Shown: positions 47,398 to 58,600 of the stretch, piece after piece | Numbering within the stretch: the first letter of the stretch is position 1 | How the letters are laid out: each line of letters starts with the position of its first letter | Origin: Candidatus Zambryskiibacteriota bacterium | GTDB lineage: Bacteria > Patescibacteriota > Minisyncoccia > Phycocordibacterales > DATDWN01 | Length of the DNA: 64,000 bases | Direction of reading: 5' to 3' | Assembly: GCA_003173855.1 (NCBI GenBank) | Contig: PPGI01000004.1 | Span: forward strand, 176-64,175 | Notes under the pieces: model-generated | Seen by the model: only the letters and a program-made list of their open reading frames with translations | Told to the model about the DNA's origin: nothing | Databases searched by the model: none | Made by a program: the position numbers and the translations under genes

Positions 47398-47841
47398 ATG
47401 TATCTAAACAAAGCAATCATCATCGGAAATCTGACTCGAGACCCTGAAATGCGCGCACTGCCGTCTGGAATTAAAGTTGCAAGCTTTGCAGTTGCTACAA
47501 ACCGAGTTTGGAAAGATAAAAACGGAGTAAAGCAGGAAAATGTTGATTATCACAATGTGGTTGTTTTTGGCAGACAAGCAGACATTGTCGGACAATATAT
47601 GAAAAAGGGAAGTTCAATTTTAGTTGAAGGCCGAATGCAGACACGATCATGGGATGATGCTTCAGGCCAGAAAAAATACCGAACTGAAATAATTGCAGAT
47701 CGAATCCAGTTTGGTCCACGAAAAGAAGGCGGCAATGGCGGATACTCTGCGCCAGTTTCTGCACCAGTTGAAGATAAGAAAGCAATGGATACAATTGAGT
47801 ATCCAGAAGAAGAGATTAACCCAGAAGATATTCCATTTTAA
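47398..47841 (+). CDS. ssb: Single-stranded DNA-binding protein
   Basis: MYLNKAIIIGNLTRDPEMR OB fold. C-terminal acidic tail ending DIPF. Confidence 0.9.
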   Translation: MYLNKAIIIGNLTRDPEMRALPSGIKVASFAVATNRVWKDKNGVKQENVDYHNVVVFGRQADIVGQYMKKGSSILVEGRMQTRSWDDASGQKKYRTEIIADRIQFGPRKEGGNGGYSAPVSAPVEDKKAMDTIEYPEEEINPEDIPF

Positions 47842-47849
47842 TCGAATTT

Positions 47850-48050
47850 ATGAAACAAGATTTTTTTAACGAAAACAATATTAAATATATCGACTACAAA
47901 GATGTCGAAGTTTTGAAGAAATTTCTAAATCCTCATGCACGAATTATTTCTCGAAAGAGATCTGGAATTACTGCAAAGAATCAGAGGAATCTAGCAGTAG
48001 CCATCAAACGCGCTCGCTTTATGGGATTGTTACCTTTTGTGTCCAGATAG
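47850..48050 (+). CDS. rpsR: 30S ribosomal protein S18
   Basis: IDYKDVEVLKKFL...ARIISRKRSGITAKNQRNLAVAIKRARFMGLLPF. Confidence 0.9.
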   Translation: MKQDFFNENNIKYIDYKDVEVLKKFLNPHARIISRKRSGITAKNQRNLAVAIKRARFMGLLPFVSR

Positions 48051-48166
48051 CTCGGGTCTTTTTGTCCGATTTCTTCGTTACTCGCTCCGGTGCTCCTTCA
48101 CCTTATACTTATAAGGCTCAGTTCGCTCCTCACTCGCACCTTGAACTCGAATAAAAATCCTCCGAG
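48048..48166 (+). repeat. Intergenic repeat element copy C
   Basis: TAGCTCGGGTCTTTTTGTCCGATTTCTTCG... hairpin CACCTTAT-ACTT-ATAAGGCTC (compensatory change) ...CACCTTGAACTCGAATAAAAATCC. Starts at the rpsR stop TAG. Confidence 0.8.
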
Positions 48167-48199
48167 ATTCTTTGTTTTTATTAGTTATAATAAATATAT

Positions 48200-48649
48200 A
48201 TGGAAGTTAAGATACGATCATCGAATCTGCAAGATCTTGAAGTCATTTCAAAAATTAATGGTCAAGGATCAAATGAAGGAGAAGAAATTGCTAGACAAAG
48301 ATTACCTTCTTTTATAAAAGATAACAATCTTTTTGTAGCTGAATCAGATTCAGAAATTTTAGGCTTACTTTATTTTGATAGAAAATTTTTTGATATAGCA
48401 GAGGATAATAATTGGTTTCTTACCCAAATAACAGTTAGAGAAGATTCGAAAAGAAAAGGTGTTGGAGAAAAGTTATTACGTTATTTTCTTGGATTTGCAA
48501 AAGAAAATGAGGCTAAACACATATTTTTAGATGCTTTAGAATCAAACCTTGCTTCTTTCCAACTTATAAAAAAATTGGGTGCACAAGACGCAGGATATTT
48601 AGATTTTGGTAATGGAGAAAGAAGAAACTTTTTTAGATTTGATTTCTAA
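48200..48649 (+). CDS. GNAT-family N-acetyltransferase
   Basis: VREDSKRKGVGEKLL acetyl-CoA binding motif (R/Q-x-x-G-x-G/A). Confidence 0.7.
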   Translation: MEVKIRSSNLQDLEVISKINGQGSNEGEEIARQRLPSFIKDNNLFVAESDSEILGLLYFDRKFFDIAEDNNWFLTQITVREDSKRKGVGEKLLRYFLGFAKENEAKHIFLDALESNLASFQLIKKLGAQDAGYLDFGNGERRNFFRFDF

Positions 48650-49224
48650 AAGCTGGAACCGACTCGTTCGGTGTATTCTTCGGTTTCTGTGTTCACTCGT
48701 ATAATTTCGCCTTCTTTAATAAACATTGGCACTTGGATTTCGGCACCAGTTTCAAGTTTTACTGATTTAGTTCCGCCTTGAGCAGTGTTTCCTTTAACAG
48801 CAGGATGAGCCTCTGTAACTTTGAGTTCAACTTTAATCGGCATTTTAACTCCGATAGTTTTTTCACCAAAAGATAGAATTTCAATAATTGAATTTGCTTT
48901 TAAAAATTTTCCGCGTGGTCCGATAACATCTTGAGGCAGGGAATAGCGCTTCGATGGATCACTTGGATCGCAAAACCAAAATTCTCCACGATTGTTGTAT
49001 AAATATTTTGCCTGACGTGAATCAATTTCTGCTTCTTCGACTTTTTCTGATACATGAAAAGATCGCTCGGTTACTTTTCCAGTAATTAGATTTTTTAATT
49101 TTGTAGCATTAACAGGCTTTCTTTGCTGTTTGCGAAAAACATGAGAATCAATAACTTCCCATGGTTCGCCGTCAAGAACAATATATTTTCGCTGTACTAT
49201 TTCACTGTAATCCAACATTGCCAT
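48646..49224 (-). CDS. efp: Elongation factor P
   Basis: Three OB/KOW-like domains. Close match to the EF-P consensus throughout. Confidence 0.9.
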   Translation of the reverse strand: MAMLDYSEIVQRKYIVLDGEPWEVIDSHVFRKQQRKPVNATKLKNLITGKVTERSFHVSEKVEEAEIDSRQAKYLYNNRGEFWFCDPSDPSKRYSLPQDVIGPRGKFLKANSIIEILSFGEKTIGVKMPIKVELKVTEAHPAVKGNTAQGGTKSVKLETGAEIQVPMFIKEGEIIRVNTETEEYTERVGSSF

Positions 49225-49312
49225 AAGAACTAAAAATATAACGTATTTAAGCCACTTTATCTACTTGACTTTTTGTAAACAATAGGTACAATTAAGAAAG
49301 ATGAGGTGTTAA

Positions 49313-49480
49313 ATGAGTCGTGATCGCAGTGAGGAAGAGCAAAAACTCCGTAATCTTCTCATATTCAAAATGTATGTAACAGACGAGGAGAGGATTAGAA
49401 TCACCACATCACCAACTTTCTACGTTTTTGTTGGGATTGTGATCGGCATCCTCTCGCTTTTTGCCTGGCTCATTTCATAG
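49313..49480 (+). CDS. Small membrane-anchored protein (55 aa) in the higher-GC islet
   Basis: MSRDRSEEEQKLRNLLIFKMYVTDEERIRITTSPTFYVFVGIVIGILSLFAWLIS. One C-terminal TM. Below the 60-aa ORF-track cutoff. Confidence 0.3.
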   Translation: MSRDRSEEEQKLRNLLIFKMYVTDEERIRITTSPTFYVFVGIVIGILSLFAWLIS

Positions 49481-49578
49481 CCGGTCAAGCAGAAACTTGC
49501 TAAGCACAAGTTTCAAGCGTGGCCGGTTTTCTGTTGACAAAATTTCTGAAAAGAATAGCCTAAATTTAGGAGGTTTCG

Positions 49579-49803
49579 ATGGAATTGCAAACTGGTCGGC
49601 TGAAAGTCGAAACTGGGCAAGTTCCAGTTGTTGTCATGCGTCAGTGTGAAGGTGGTCACATATTGTGGCCAAAGCACTTTCAGGAGATAAGGTGTTTGTT
49701 GTTTCCGATGAAGAGTGGCCAACAGTCTTCATCCCGGATGCACAACCGACCATTACTCATTAGCTCTCGAGTCCCTCACTTGCATGCAGGTGGGGGATTT
49801 TGA
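49579..49803 (+). CDS. Hypothetical 74-aa protein with strong RBS
   Basis: AGGAGG seven nt upstream of the ATG. Higher-GC codon usage. No homology recognised. Confidence 0.3.
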   Translation: MELQTGRLKVETGQVPVVVMRQCEGGHILWPKHFQEIRCLLFPMKSGQQSSSRMHNRPLLISSRVPHLHAGGGF

Positions 49804-49849
49804 TTTGACAAATGTTAATTTTAATGTAATTTAAAAATAGAGGTGAACT

Positions 49850-50149
49850 ATGAAAAAGTCTGCTGCCGTCGTGACTGTGATTGGTATGGTGGGTTTTGTG
49901 TTTATCCTTGGAATTTTTACAGGATCAGCTCTCGGGAAAACTGGAGTCACAGTTTTTGCTCAGGAACCGAACAGACTCCAGCTACATGCACGGATTGAAA
50001 TTAGTGAAGGAGCAACTATCGTTGCCTTGTGTGATACCGGCAATGGTGTCATGGTTTATAGTGGGCATTCAAAATATGGTCACAATGATATTCCGTCAGT
50101 TTCTTCCGTGCCAAACGCTTGCAAAGTGACACCAGAAAAAACTCGTTAA
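49850..50149 (+). CDS. Small secreted/membrane-anchored protein (99 aa, two Cys)
   Basis: RBS GAGGTG, N-terminal TM/signal (VVTVIGMVGFVFILGIFTGSALG), then a soluble domain with C62 and C91. Confidence 0.4.
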   Translation: MKKSAAVVTVIGMVGFVFILGIFTGSALGKTGVTVFAQEPNRLQLHARIEISEGATIVALCDTGNGVMVYSGHSKYGHNDIPSVSSVPNACKVTPEKTR

Positions 50150-50158
50150 GGAGATCAC

Positions 50159-50329
50159 ATGGACAAACGTTTGGGGCAGATGATTGCAGGTACAATCCTG
50201 ATCATCTTCTCAGTGTTTCTGGCCTGGTTAAGTGTTATCTACATTCCAGGAAAAGGCGGCTACTTTGTCGGGTTTGTTTTCATCAGTGTAGCAGCTTGGG
50301 CTGTTAGGCTGACAATCCCAAAAGGTTAG
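50159..50329 (+). CDS. Small two-TM membrane protein (56 aa)
   Basis: RBS AAGGAG. MDKRLGQMIAGTILIIFSVFLAWLSVIYIPGKGGYFVGFVFISVAAWAVRL. Immediately followed by a terminator. Confidence 0.3.
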   Translation: MDKRLGQMIAGTILIIFSVFLAWLSVIYIPGKGGYFVGFVFISVAAWAVRLTIPKG

Positions 50330-50333
50330 CTTG

Positions 50334-50365
50334 CACCCGCGCTCGAAATTGAGCGCGGGTTTTGT
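50334..50365 (+). terminator. Rho-independent terminator closing the islet
   Basis: CACCCGCGCTC-GAAATTG-AGCGCGGGT then TTTGTTT. Confidence 0.7.
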
Positions 50366-50546
50366 TTACAAAAATCCACTTGAACGAAAGTATTATTTTT
50401 TGAAACATTGCGCAGGAGATTAGAAAATAACAATAAAATAAAAGACTGAAGCAGTTTTATTTTATTGATTGTTTTCTTGATCGACGAGCAAAGCAAAAAT
50501 TCAACAGAATTTTATGCGGGTTTCAAAAAAGAATAATTGAGTGAGT

Positions 50547-51614
50547 TTATTCCTCTGACTCACCACCAGATACTGCTACTACCGAGCCGCCGTTTTTAGC
50601 CAAACCTCCACGAATATCTTTTAGAATGCTGTTTGCAATTTTTGAATTTGTTTTATCTTTCAAAAATTGTCGAGTAGCATCATAGCCTCGGCCAAGTTTC
50701 TCTTGTCCATATGCATAACTTGTTCCAGATTTTTGAATAATTCCCATTTTTTCGCCAAGAGCGATGATTTCTCCTTCTCGTGAAATGCCTTCGTTATACA
50801 TTAGGTCAAATTCAGTTTGTTTAAACGGTGCAGCTACTTTGTTTTTAACAACTTTTACTCTGACACGGCCACCCATAACTTCTTCGCCTTTTTTAATTTG
50901 AGCAATTCTGCGGATATCGATTCGAACTGATGTATAAAATTTCAAAGCTTTTCCTCCCGGTGTTGTTTCCGGATTTCCAAACATTACACCAATCTGCATT
51001 CGGATTTGGTTTATAAAAATAACTATTGTTTTTGATTTAGCCACTATAGCCGTAAGTTTTCGAAGAGCTTGAGACATTAATCGAGCTTGTTTACCAACAT
51101 GGTGCGCTCCCATATCACCTTCGATCTCATCTTTTGGAGTTAGAGCGGCAACAGAGTCGACAACGATAACGTCAATTTTTCCTGATCGGACTAGGGAATC
51201 GACAATTTCAAGAGCTTGTTCACCGTTATCAGGTTGTGAGATAAGTAGGTGATCGACGTTTACACCAATTCGCTTTGCATATTCAGGATCCATTGCATGT
51301 TCAGCGTCAATAAATGCACAAATCCCGCCTTTTTTCTGGGCTTCAGCGATAACATGGAGTGTAAGTGTTGTTTTTCCTGACGATTCAGGACCAAAGATTT
51401 CGATTATTCTTCCGCGAGGAAGTCCACCGACACCTAAAGCAGTATCCAAACCAATTGAGCCAGTAGAAATTGCATTTACATCAACATGAGGCTTTTCGCC
51501 AAGCATCATGATGGCGTCTTCACCAAATTTAGTTTTTATTTCTCGAAGGGTATTTTCAATGTTTACTTTGCCTTCTTGTTTTGGTTTTTCGTCTTTGGCC
51601 TTTTTCTTAATCAT
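50547..51614 (-). CDS. recA: Recombinase RecA
   Basis: [16 protein letters not shown] Walker A. Full-length RecA signature. Confidence 0.95.
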   Translation of the reverse strand: MIKKKAKDEKPKQEGKVNIENTLREIKTKFGEDAIMMLGEKPHVDVNAISTGSIGLDTALGVGGLPRGRIIEIFGPESSGKTTLTLHVIAEAQKKGGICAFIDAEHAMDPEYAKRIGVNVDHLLISQPDNGEQALEIVDSLVRSGKIDVIVVDSVAALTPKDEIEGDMGAHHVGKQARLMSQALRKLTAIVAKSKTIVIFINQIRMQIGVMFGNPETTPGGKALKFYTSVRIDIRRIAQIKKGEEVMGGRVRVKVVKNKVAAPFKQTEFDLMYNEGISREGEIIALGEKMGIIQKSGTSYAYGQEKLGRGYDATRQFLKDKTNSKIANSILKDIRGGLAKNGGSVVAVSGGESEE

Positions 51615-51670
51615 GTTTATGTAAATTAACTAATGCACGAATTATACGAATGGCTTAAAATTATGCAAGG

Positions 51671-52024
51671 CTACTCTTTTAATATTACTTGGATTATCTT
51701 TTCTCGATAAGTTTTAAATTTATCTCGAGCATCAAGTTTTATAATATTGTAACCGGGAGAAAGAAGCATTAGTTCGTGAAAATAACCATTTTGGTCAGTA
51801 AATATCGGTCGGTCATCAAGATTTAAATATGCAATATTTCTAGCTCGACCAGAGATCTCAATCAGACTTTGATTATAAGTTGATCCATTTTCTGGGGTGT
51901 AAATATCTATTATTGGTCCAAAAATAACTTTTTGAGCTTGAAAAAGCGTGTAGCCGATTATTACTAAAACTAAAAGAGAAAAAAGAGTTATTTTTAAGAT
52001 TGAAGCAGCGTTGCGAGTCATCAA
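51671..52024 (-). CDS. Hypothetical membrane-anchored protein downstream of ftsK
   Basis: N-terminal TM, small soluble domain. Confidence 0.4.
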   Translation of the reverse strand: MMTRNAASILKITLFSLLVLVIIGYTLFQAQKVIFGPIIDIYTPENGSTYNQSLIEISGRARNIAYLNLDDRPIFTDQNGYFHELMLLSPGYNIIKLDARDKFKTYREKIIQVILKE

Positions 52025-52033
52025 ATCACTATA

Positions 52034-54205
52034 CTACTCCAATTCCTCTTCCGCTACATTTCCTACAGCATGTCCACCAAGAATTTCACGAGGCTTAGCT
52101 CCGCTACCTGGTCCAATAACCCCGCGTTCCTCGAGCATATCGATTAATCGAGCAGCACGAGCATAACCAACACCTAGTTTGCGCTGAAGGTATGATGTCG
52201 AGGCCTTACCAGCTTCGAGAACGGTTTTCTTTGCTTCATCATATAGCTCGTCATCATTTTCCATTTTTTCGTCCTCCAGAGCTGCTTCAAAAATGCTGGC
52301 TTTTTGAACAGGTTGATCGGTCAGATTAATTTCTTGCGGTACTTCGCTTTCATAACTATCTGCAAGGAATTTAACCACGGATTTTGTTTCTGATTCTGTA
52401 ATATAGGCCGATTGAATGCGCTGCGGTTGTGACATTTCGCCGGAAAGATAAAGCATGTCACCTGCACCAAGAAGTTTTTCTGCTCCAGCCATATCGAGAA
52501 TTGTTCGTGAGTCGATCTGTGAAGCAACTTGGAGAGCAATGCGTGTTGGAATGTTAGCTTTAATTAGACCAGTAATTACATTTACCGATGGACGCTGGGT
52601 TGAAAAGATCAAATGAATTCCGACAGCACGTGACATTTGGGCAAGACGAACAATAGCTGCTTCGAGTTCTCGCGGATAAGCTGACATAATATCTGCCAGC
52701 TCATCAATAACCACAATAATGTACGGCATTGTCTCAATTTTCTTTTCCTCGTCACTCTTTCGAGACTTAGCTTTTTTTAATTCAGGTTCAAGAACGTTTT
52801 TATGATACGAAGCAATATTTTGTAAACCTTCTGCTTGGAGTACATCATAACGGCGATCCATTTCTTTGGCTGCCCATTTTAAAGCTAAGATTGTTTTTTT
52901 GGCATCAGTTATAACCGGCGTTAAGAGATGGGGAATTTTATTATAAAGCGTTAATTCAACGCGCTTTGGATCAACCATAATAAATTTTAAATTGTCAGGG
53001 GAGTTGCGATACAAAAGTGAAGTTATGATTGCGTGAATTGTTACAGATTTTCCGGAGCCAGTTGCTCCAGCTATAAGCATATGGGGAGATTTAGCTAAAT
53101 TTGCAAAATAAGATGTTCCAGAAATCCCCTTTCCAAGCGATACAAGAAGTGGAACATTCGAGTTTTGAAATTCGTTTGATGATAGAAGAGTTCCGAGGCC
53201 AACTGTTGTTTTTGTGCTGTTAGGAATTTCAATTCCAACGAGCGATTTTCCCGGAATCGGCGCTTCGATTCGAATTGGGTGAGCTGCAAGAGCAAGAGCC
53301 AAATCATTTTGAAGAGCAACAATACGAGAAAGTTTTACACCTTCAGCCGGTTTTAGTGCATAACGAGTAATGGATGGACCTATGGAAATTTCATCCATTT
53401 CTACATTAATTCCGAAGTTTTGCAGAGTCCTTTTTATAATATTTGAATTGGCTTTAATATCTCCTACTCCAGGTTTTCCATGATCTTCTTGAAGCAGCGA
53501 AAGTGGAGGCGGAGTAAATTCTTTACCATTCCAAAGTAGAGGACTAATGCCAAAATCATCCTTTTTATCTTCGGTTTTTTTAGCTAGCACCGGCTCGGAT
53601 GTTCTTGATTCACGAGATGTTTCCATGAGTTGTTCCGGATTTGAGATAAGCAATTCAGGGCCATTATCTTCAACATTTTCGAGTTCTTTTTTCTTGAAAA
53701 GGGAAGTTAAGAATGAGAATCGAAGTGGGGCATCAAACATCACGAGTATTGATATAACAATAAGGATAATTAAAAGAACTATGCTTACCGGAGTATCAAA
53801 AAGTGAAACAAGAGGACTTGAAATATGAGTACCGACAAGTCCCCCACTTCCAGGCATTGTAATATCAACAAGGGCAAGGGAAGATAAGAAAAATAATAAG
53901 CCTCCAATAGTGTGTGTTGTCGCTAATTTTTTATGTAAAGACCGGAAAAAGGAGACACAAAGGGTAAAGAAAAGTATCGGCAATAAATAATAACCAATAC
54001 CAAATAAATAATGAAAAAATTGATAAGCAAGCTTACCAAGGGAGCCTCCTTTCTCCACTGGTCCTGCTGAAAGAGATAAGAAAATACCAAAAGCAAAAAA
54101 GACTAAAGCAACGATTCCCCTAATAGTTTCTTCTTGCAAATATCTTGATTCAGGTAGATCAGCATCCTTCCTGCGATCCTTTTTGGACTTTTCATTACGG
54201 GACAT
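52034..54205 (-). CDS. ftsK: DNA translocase FtsK/SpoIIIE
   Basis: N-terminal four TM helices, Walker A GATGSGKSV, C-terminal winged-helix gamma domain (LYDEAKKTVLEAGKASTSYLQRKLGVGYARAARL). Confidence 0.9.
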   Translation of the reverse strand: MSRNEKSKKDRRKDADLPESRYLQEETIRGIVALVFFAFGIFLSLSAGPVEKGGSLGKLAYQFFHYLFGIGYYLLPILFFTLCVSFFRSLHKKLATTHTIGGLLFFLSSLALVDITMPGSGGLVGTHISSPLVSLFDTPVSIVLLIILIVISILVMFDAPLRFSFLTSLFKKKELENVEDNGPELLISNPEQLMETSRESRTSEPVLAKKTEDKKDDFGISPLLWNGKEFTPPPLSLLQEDHGKPGVGDIKANSNIIKRTLQNFGINVEMDEISIGPSITRYALKPAEGVKLSRIVALQNDLALALAAHPIRIEAPIPGKSLVGIEIPNSTKTTVGLGTLLSSNEFQNSNVPLLVSLGKGISGTSYFANLAKSPHMLIAGATGSGKSVTIHAIITSLLYRNSPDNLKFIMVDPKRVELTLYNKIPHLLTPVITDAKKTILALKWAAKEMDRRYDVLQAEGLQNIASYHKNVLEPELKKAKSRKSDEEKKIETMPYIIVVIDELADIMSAYPRELEAAIVRLAQMSRAVGIHLIFSTQRPSVNVITGLIKANIPTRIALQVASQIDSRTILDMAGAEKLLGAGDMLYLSGEMSQPQRIQSAYITESETKSVVKFLADSYESEVPQEINLTDQPVQKASIFEAALEDEKMENDDELYDEAKKTVLEAGKASTSYLQRKLGVGYARAARLIDMLEERGVIGPGSGAKPREILGGHAVGNVAEEELE

Positions 54206-54368
54206 GAATTAATTTTATCAGAATAAAGATTAATTCGAAAGTTTAGACAAAAAATTTGCACGAATGTCCTTGAATCGATATAATAGACATTGACATAAAA
54301 CAATAAAGGACATAAATTTTTGTAAAAGACTAAAAGACATTAAATAACTTAGAAAAATCATAAAGGAC

Positions 54369-55100
54369 ATGGATCAGGAGAAGAAAATATCACCACATAT
54401 TGATTCTCAAAATAAAGTAGATTTTTCAATGATTTTTAATGAAGAGCCAAGCTTTGTTTTTATTTTTAAAAAGACAGAAAAATTAGTGTCCGCAATTTTT
54501 CTTGTTACAAATCTATTCAAGGACACAGAATCAATAAAATGGACACTTAGGGATAAAGCCACTAATTTATTGTCTTTTGTGATTGGAAGCAAGAATAATG
54601 TCTTTTTAAATAAATTAGAGTTTATAGATAACCTAAAGATAAAAGTTGCTGAGACAGTTTCTTTACTGGAAGTCAGTTTTGCTGGAGAGTTAATCTCTAA
54701 GATGAATTTGTCGGTTCTAAAAGATGAATTTTTTAATCTTATTTTAGAATTAGATAATTTAGATTATTCAAAAAAAAATTCTATAAATTCTTTAATTTCC
54801 AAGGAGTATTTTCAATTTAAAAAGCCGGAAACTACTGATAATTTTAATGGCATTCAGAGGCCAGCTGAATTAAAAGAAAAAAATGTATTTAAAGAAAAAA
54901 TTGATCTAAAACGCTCCAATCGTCAGAATTTAATATTGAATTTAATTAGAAAGAAAAAAGAGCTGACAATTAAGGATATTTCTGAAGTCATTACAGATTG
55001 TAGTGAAAAAACCATTCAAAGAGAGCTTATAACCTTCATTTCTCTAGGAATATTAAAAAGAACAGGTGAAAGGCGCTGGAGCAAGTATTCTCTCGCTTAA
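54369..55100 (+). CDS. Hypothetical protein with C-terminal DeoR-like winged-HTH
   Basis: C-terminal LILNLIRKKKELTIKDISEVITDCSEKTIQRELITFISLGILKRTG resembles the DeoR/HrcA-type HTH. Confidence 0.4.
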   Translation: MDQEKKISPHIDSQNKVDFSMIFNEEPSFVFIFKKTEKLVSAIFLVTNLFKDTESIKWTLRDKATNLLSFVIGSKNNVFLNKLEFIDNLKIKVAETVSLLEVSFAGELISKMNLSVLKDEFFNLILELDNLDYSKKNSINSLISKEYFQFKKPETTDNFNGIQRPAELKEKNVFKEKIDLKRSNRQNLILNLIRKKKELTIKDISEVITDCSEKTIQRELITFISLGILKRTGERRWSKYSLA

Positions 55101-55691
55101 GCCTTGTAATAATAGTGTGATATTTACGTCTATGCCCATAGTAATCGACTTGACAGAATAGTTGACTTTTTTAGCCTTTTCATGAAATAATGGCCAAACG
55201 GATGATTTGGCTTTAAAAGCTATATATTTAGCCACATAAAGTCGTAGTTATCCACATATTCTGGTTGGAAGTATATAAAAGAGTGTATATAATTAGTCTC
55301 ATACGGCAATTGTATTCACTTCATTTTTATACTGAATTTCAGAACGAATCAGAACTTTGACAACTGAATATGGATTTAAAAATTAAAGCATGATTTTTGT
55401 CATGCTTACTCACAGTCTAACTGATTATTCTTTAATTACAGTGATGGATGAACTCAGTCAAAAAATACATCTATACCTTTGCTTTATGTGTCGATTAGCA
55501 AATGAAGTGAAGGATTAGAATGAAAGGTATAACTCTTCATCTTTATGTATGCAAAGTTTTTTTTGCGGACATAGAGATGAACGAGTTGTATCGGAATTAT
55601 TAAGTTCGGTATAATCGTTTTTCAAAATAATTTTTTCTTAAAATTATTTAACAGTAAAAGAGAAAATTATTTCATTATTAAAAATACACAT

Positions 55692-58600
55692 ATGAATTTA
55701 ACAAAATCAAAAACTGCAAAGATTGCGGCTGGTGTTGTTGGATTTGCAATGGTAGTAACAGCATTCATGCCAGTATTGGCATCTGCTGACACTGCTTCAG
55801 ATCTACAAGCACAGATCAACAGCTTGCTTGCGACAATTCAGTCACTACAAGCACAGCTTGCAGCAACAACAGGCGGTAGCTCTTCAGTAGGAAGCTTTAG
55901 CTTCAGTACCAACTTAACAGTTGGTTCAAAAGGTACTGATGTTATGAATCTTCAAAAGGTTCTAAACATGAGTGCTGATACGCAAGTAGCTGCTTCAGGT
56001 CCAGGTTCAAAAGGAATGGAAACATCAACTTTTGGTCCTTTGACAAAGGCTGCTGTAATCAAATTCCAAATTAAATTTGGAATTTCTCCAGCTGCTGGAT
56101 ATGTTGGTCCAAAGACTCGAGCAAAGTTGAGCACAATGGGTGGAGTTTCATCTACACCTACACCAGTTACTCCAGGCACTCCAACAGGAGGAGCATTGTC
56201 AGTATCTAGTGCAGTTCAACCTTCAAACTCACTTGCACCAAAAAATGCTTCACGAGTTCCTTTCACAAGGTTTACTCTTACAGCAGGAGCAAGCGATGTC
56301 ACAGTTAACTCTGTAACAGTCCAGCGATCAGGATTTGCAAACGATGCAGTCTTCTCTGGAATTGTTCTATTGGATCAAAATGGAATGCAAGTCGGCATTT
56401 CAAAGACTTTGAACTCTAATCACCAAGCAAATCTTGGCGATAATTTCATTGTTCGAGCAGGTACATCACAGACATACACAGTTGCAGGTAACATGGCATC
56501 TGACGAATCAAGCTATGTTGGTCAAATTGCTTCACTTGATGTAGTTGCAGTCAACTCAAGCGCAACAGTTTCTGGTGCACTTCCTATTACAGGAGCACAG
56601 CAAACTGTAAACAACAGCTTGACAGTTGGTACAGTTACAATTGGAACATCTTCATTTGACCCTAATAACGGAGCTTCAAACTCAGTTGGAACAACAGGTC
56701 TTCGATTTACAGGCTTCCGAATCACAGCAGGTTCAGCAGAGGACCTTACATTGAAATCAATTCGATGGAATCAATCAGGTTCAGCAGGATCAAATGATCT
56801 TGGAAACATTATGACTGTTGTAAATGGTGTATCTTACCCAACAACAGTTTCAGCTGATGGTAAGTATTACTCAACAGTATTTCCTAGCGGAATTGTTATC
56901 GCAAAAGGTAACTCTGTTGATGTATACGTTCAGGGTGATCTAGTAGGATCAGGCGCTGCAGGTAGAACTGTAGAGTTCGATGTCTACAAAAACACTGACC
57001 TTTACCTAAGTGGAAATACATACGGTTACGGTATCACTGCAGCAACAGGTTCTGGGGTAGTATTGACTACAGCTAACCATGCTACAGTTTTGAACACATC
57101 TTCTAACCCATGGTTGGAAGGTTCACAAATGTCTGTAACAGCTGGTCAAGTAACACTTATTGGAAAAGCTAGCGAAATTGCAGCACAAAACATTGCTACA
57201 AACGTTCCAAATCAACCTTTGGGAGGATTTGCAACAAACTTCACTGGTGAACCAGTATCTGTACAGGGTCTATGGTTGGTGCTTTCAACAACAACAACAG
57301 CAGGTCCTACAGCTAACTCTCCATTCTCTGCTATCACGAACATTACGCTCGTTGATCAGAATGGTGCAGTAGTTGCTGGTCCAGTTGATGCTACAGTTGG
57401 TGATGGTACTTCATCACACGGTGGTATCACTCCAAACACATCAGGATACGCTGTTGTACACTTTACTGACACAGTTACATTCCCAGTTGGACGACGAGTC
57501 TACACTGTGAAAGGTAAGATTCCATCTGCTTGGGCAAATGGTGCTACTGTAACTTTGTACACGAAGCCTTCAACAGACTTCACAACACCTACTGGACAGA
57601 CAACTGGAAACTCAGTTGATCTATCTAGTCAGGCAACTGCATTCACTATGAACCAAATGACTGTTAAGGGTGCAGCTTTGCAAGTTAACATTGCAGCTCA
57701 ACCTGCATCTCAAAACGTTGTAGGAGGAGTTCAGGGATTTGTTCTTGCAAACTATCAGTTTGACGCTACACAATCAGGTGAGGATGTAAGATTGTCATCA
57801 ATGCCAGTAGTAATTACTGCAGGTGGTGCTGCTACAGCTTCTCAACTTACTGGTTGTCAGCTATGGAATGGTACGACACCTTTGAACACTGGTTCAGGAG
57901 TTGTTAACACATTCTCATCTGGTACAGCTAAGACATACAGCTTTGACAACGCTCTAATTATTCCAAAAGGAACTGCAGTGACATTGTCACTTGCATGTAA
58001 TGTTTCAAGCGCAGTTACATCTGGTACATTCCAGGTATCTGCTGATTCAACAACATCAGATTGGTCTGTAACAGGACTAACATCTGGTAACACTGTTACA
58101 CCTACATTCGGTACTGGAAGCGGTGGTACGATGACAGTTGGAACTGGCTCATTTGCAGTTACAGTTGACTCATCATCCCCTGCTACAACTACAGTTGCTG
58201 GAGGTGCAAGTGGAATTACACTTGGAGTCTTCAAATTCCGAGCATCTAACGAAGATATTAACCTTACAAAGGTTGCTATTCAGTTAGCTACAGGAACATC
58301 TGCAAACATTGGAACAATGTATGTTTACCAAGGTTCAACACTTCTTGGTACAGCAATCTTCCCACAGGGTAACCTTGCAATAGCTACTTCAACATTGAAT
58401 ACACCATTCAAACTCACACGAGATACAGATGTATTGATCACTGTGAAAGCTGATATGGCAGCTATCGGAACAGGTCAATCTGGAGTTGAAGGACAGCCAG
58501 TTATTGCTAACGTTTCAGTTGCTGAAGGATCAGGTCTATCATCAGGTTTGACTCTTGATGTAGTTGGTATTAGTACAGGTGCTGCTGGAGTGCGAACATT

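Noticed and set aside
50119-50307. 62-aa ORF in an alternative frame
   Set aside because: It overlaps the better-supported 49850..50149 and 50159..50329 ORFs, which have RBSs and TM segments.
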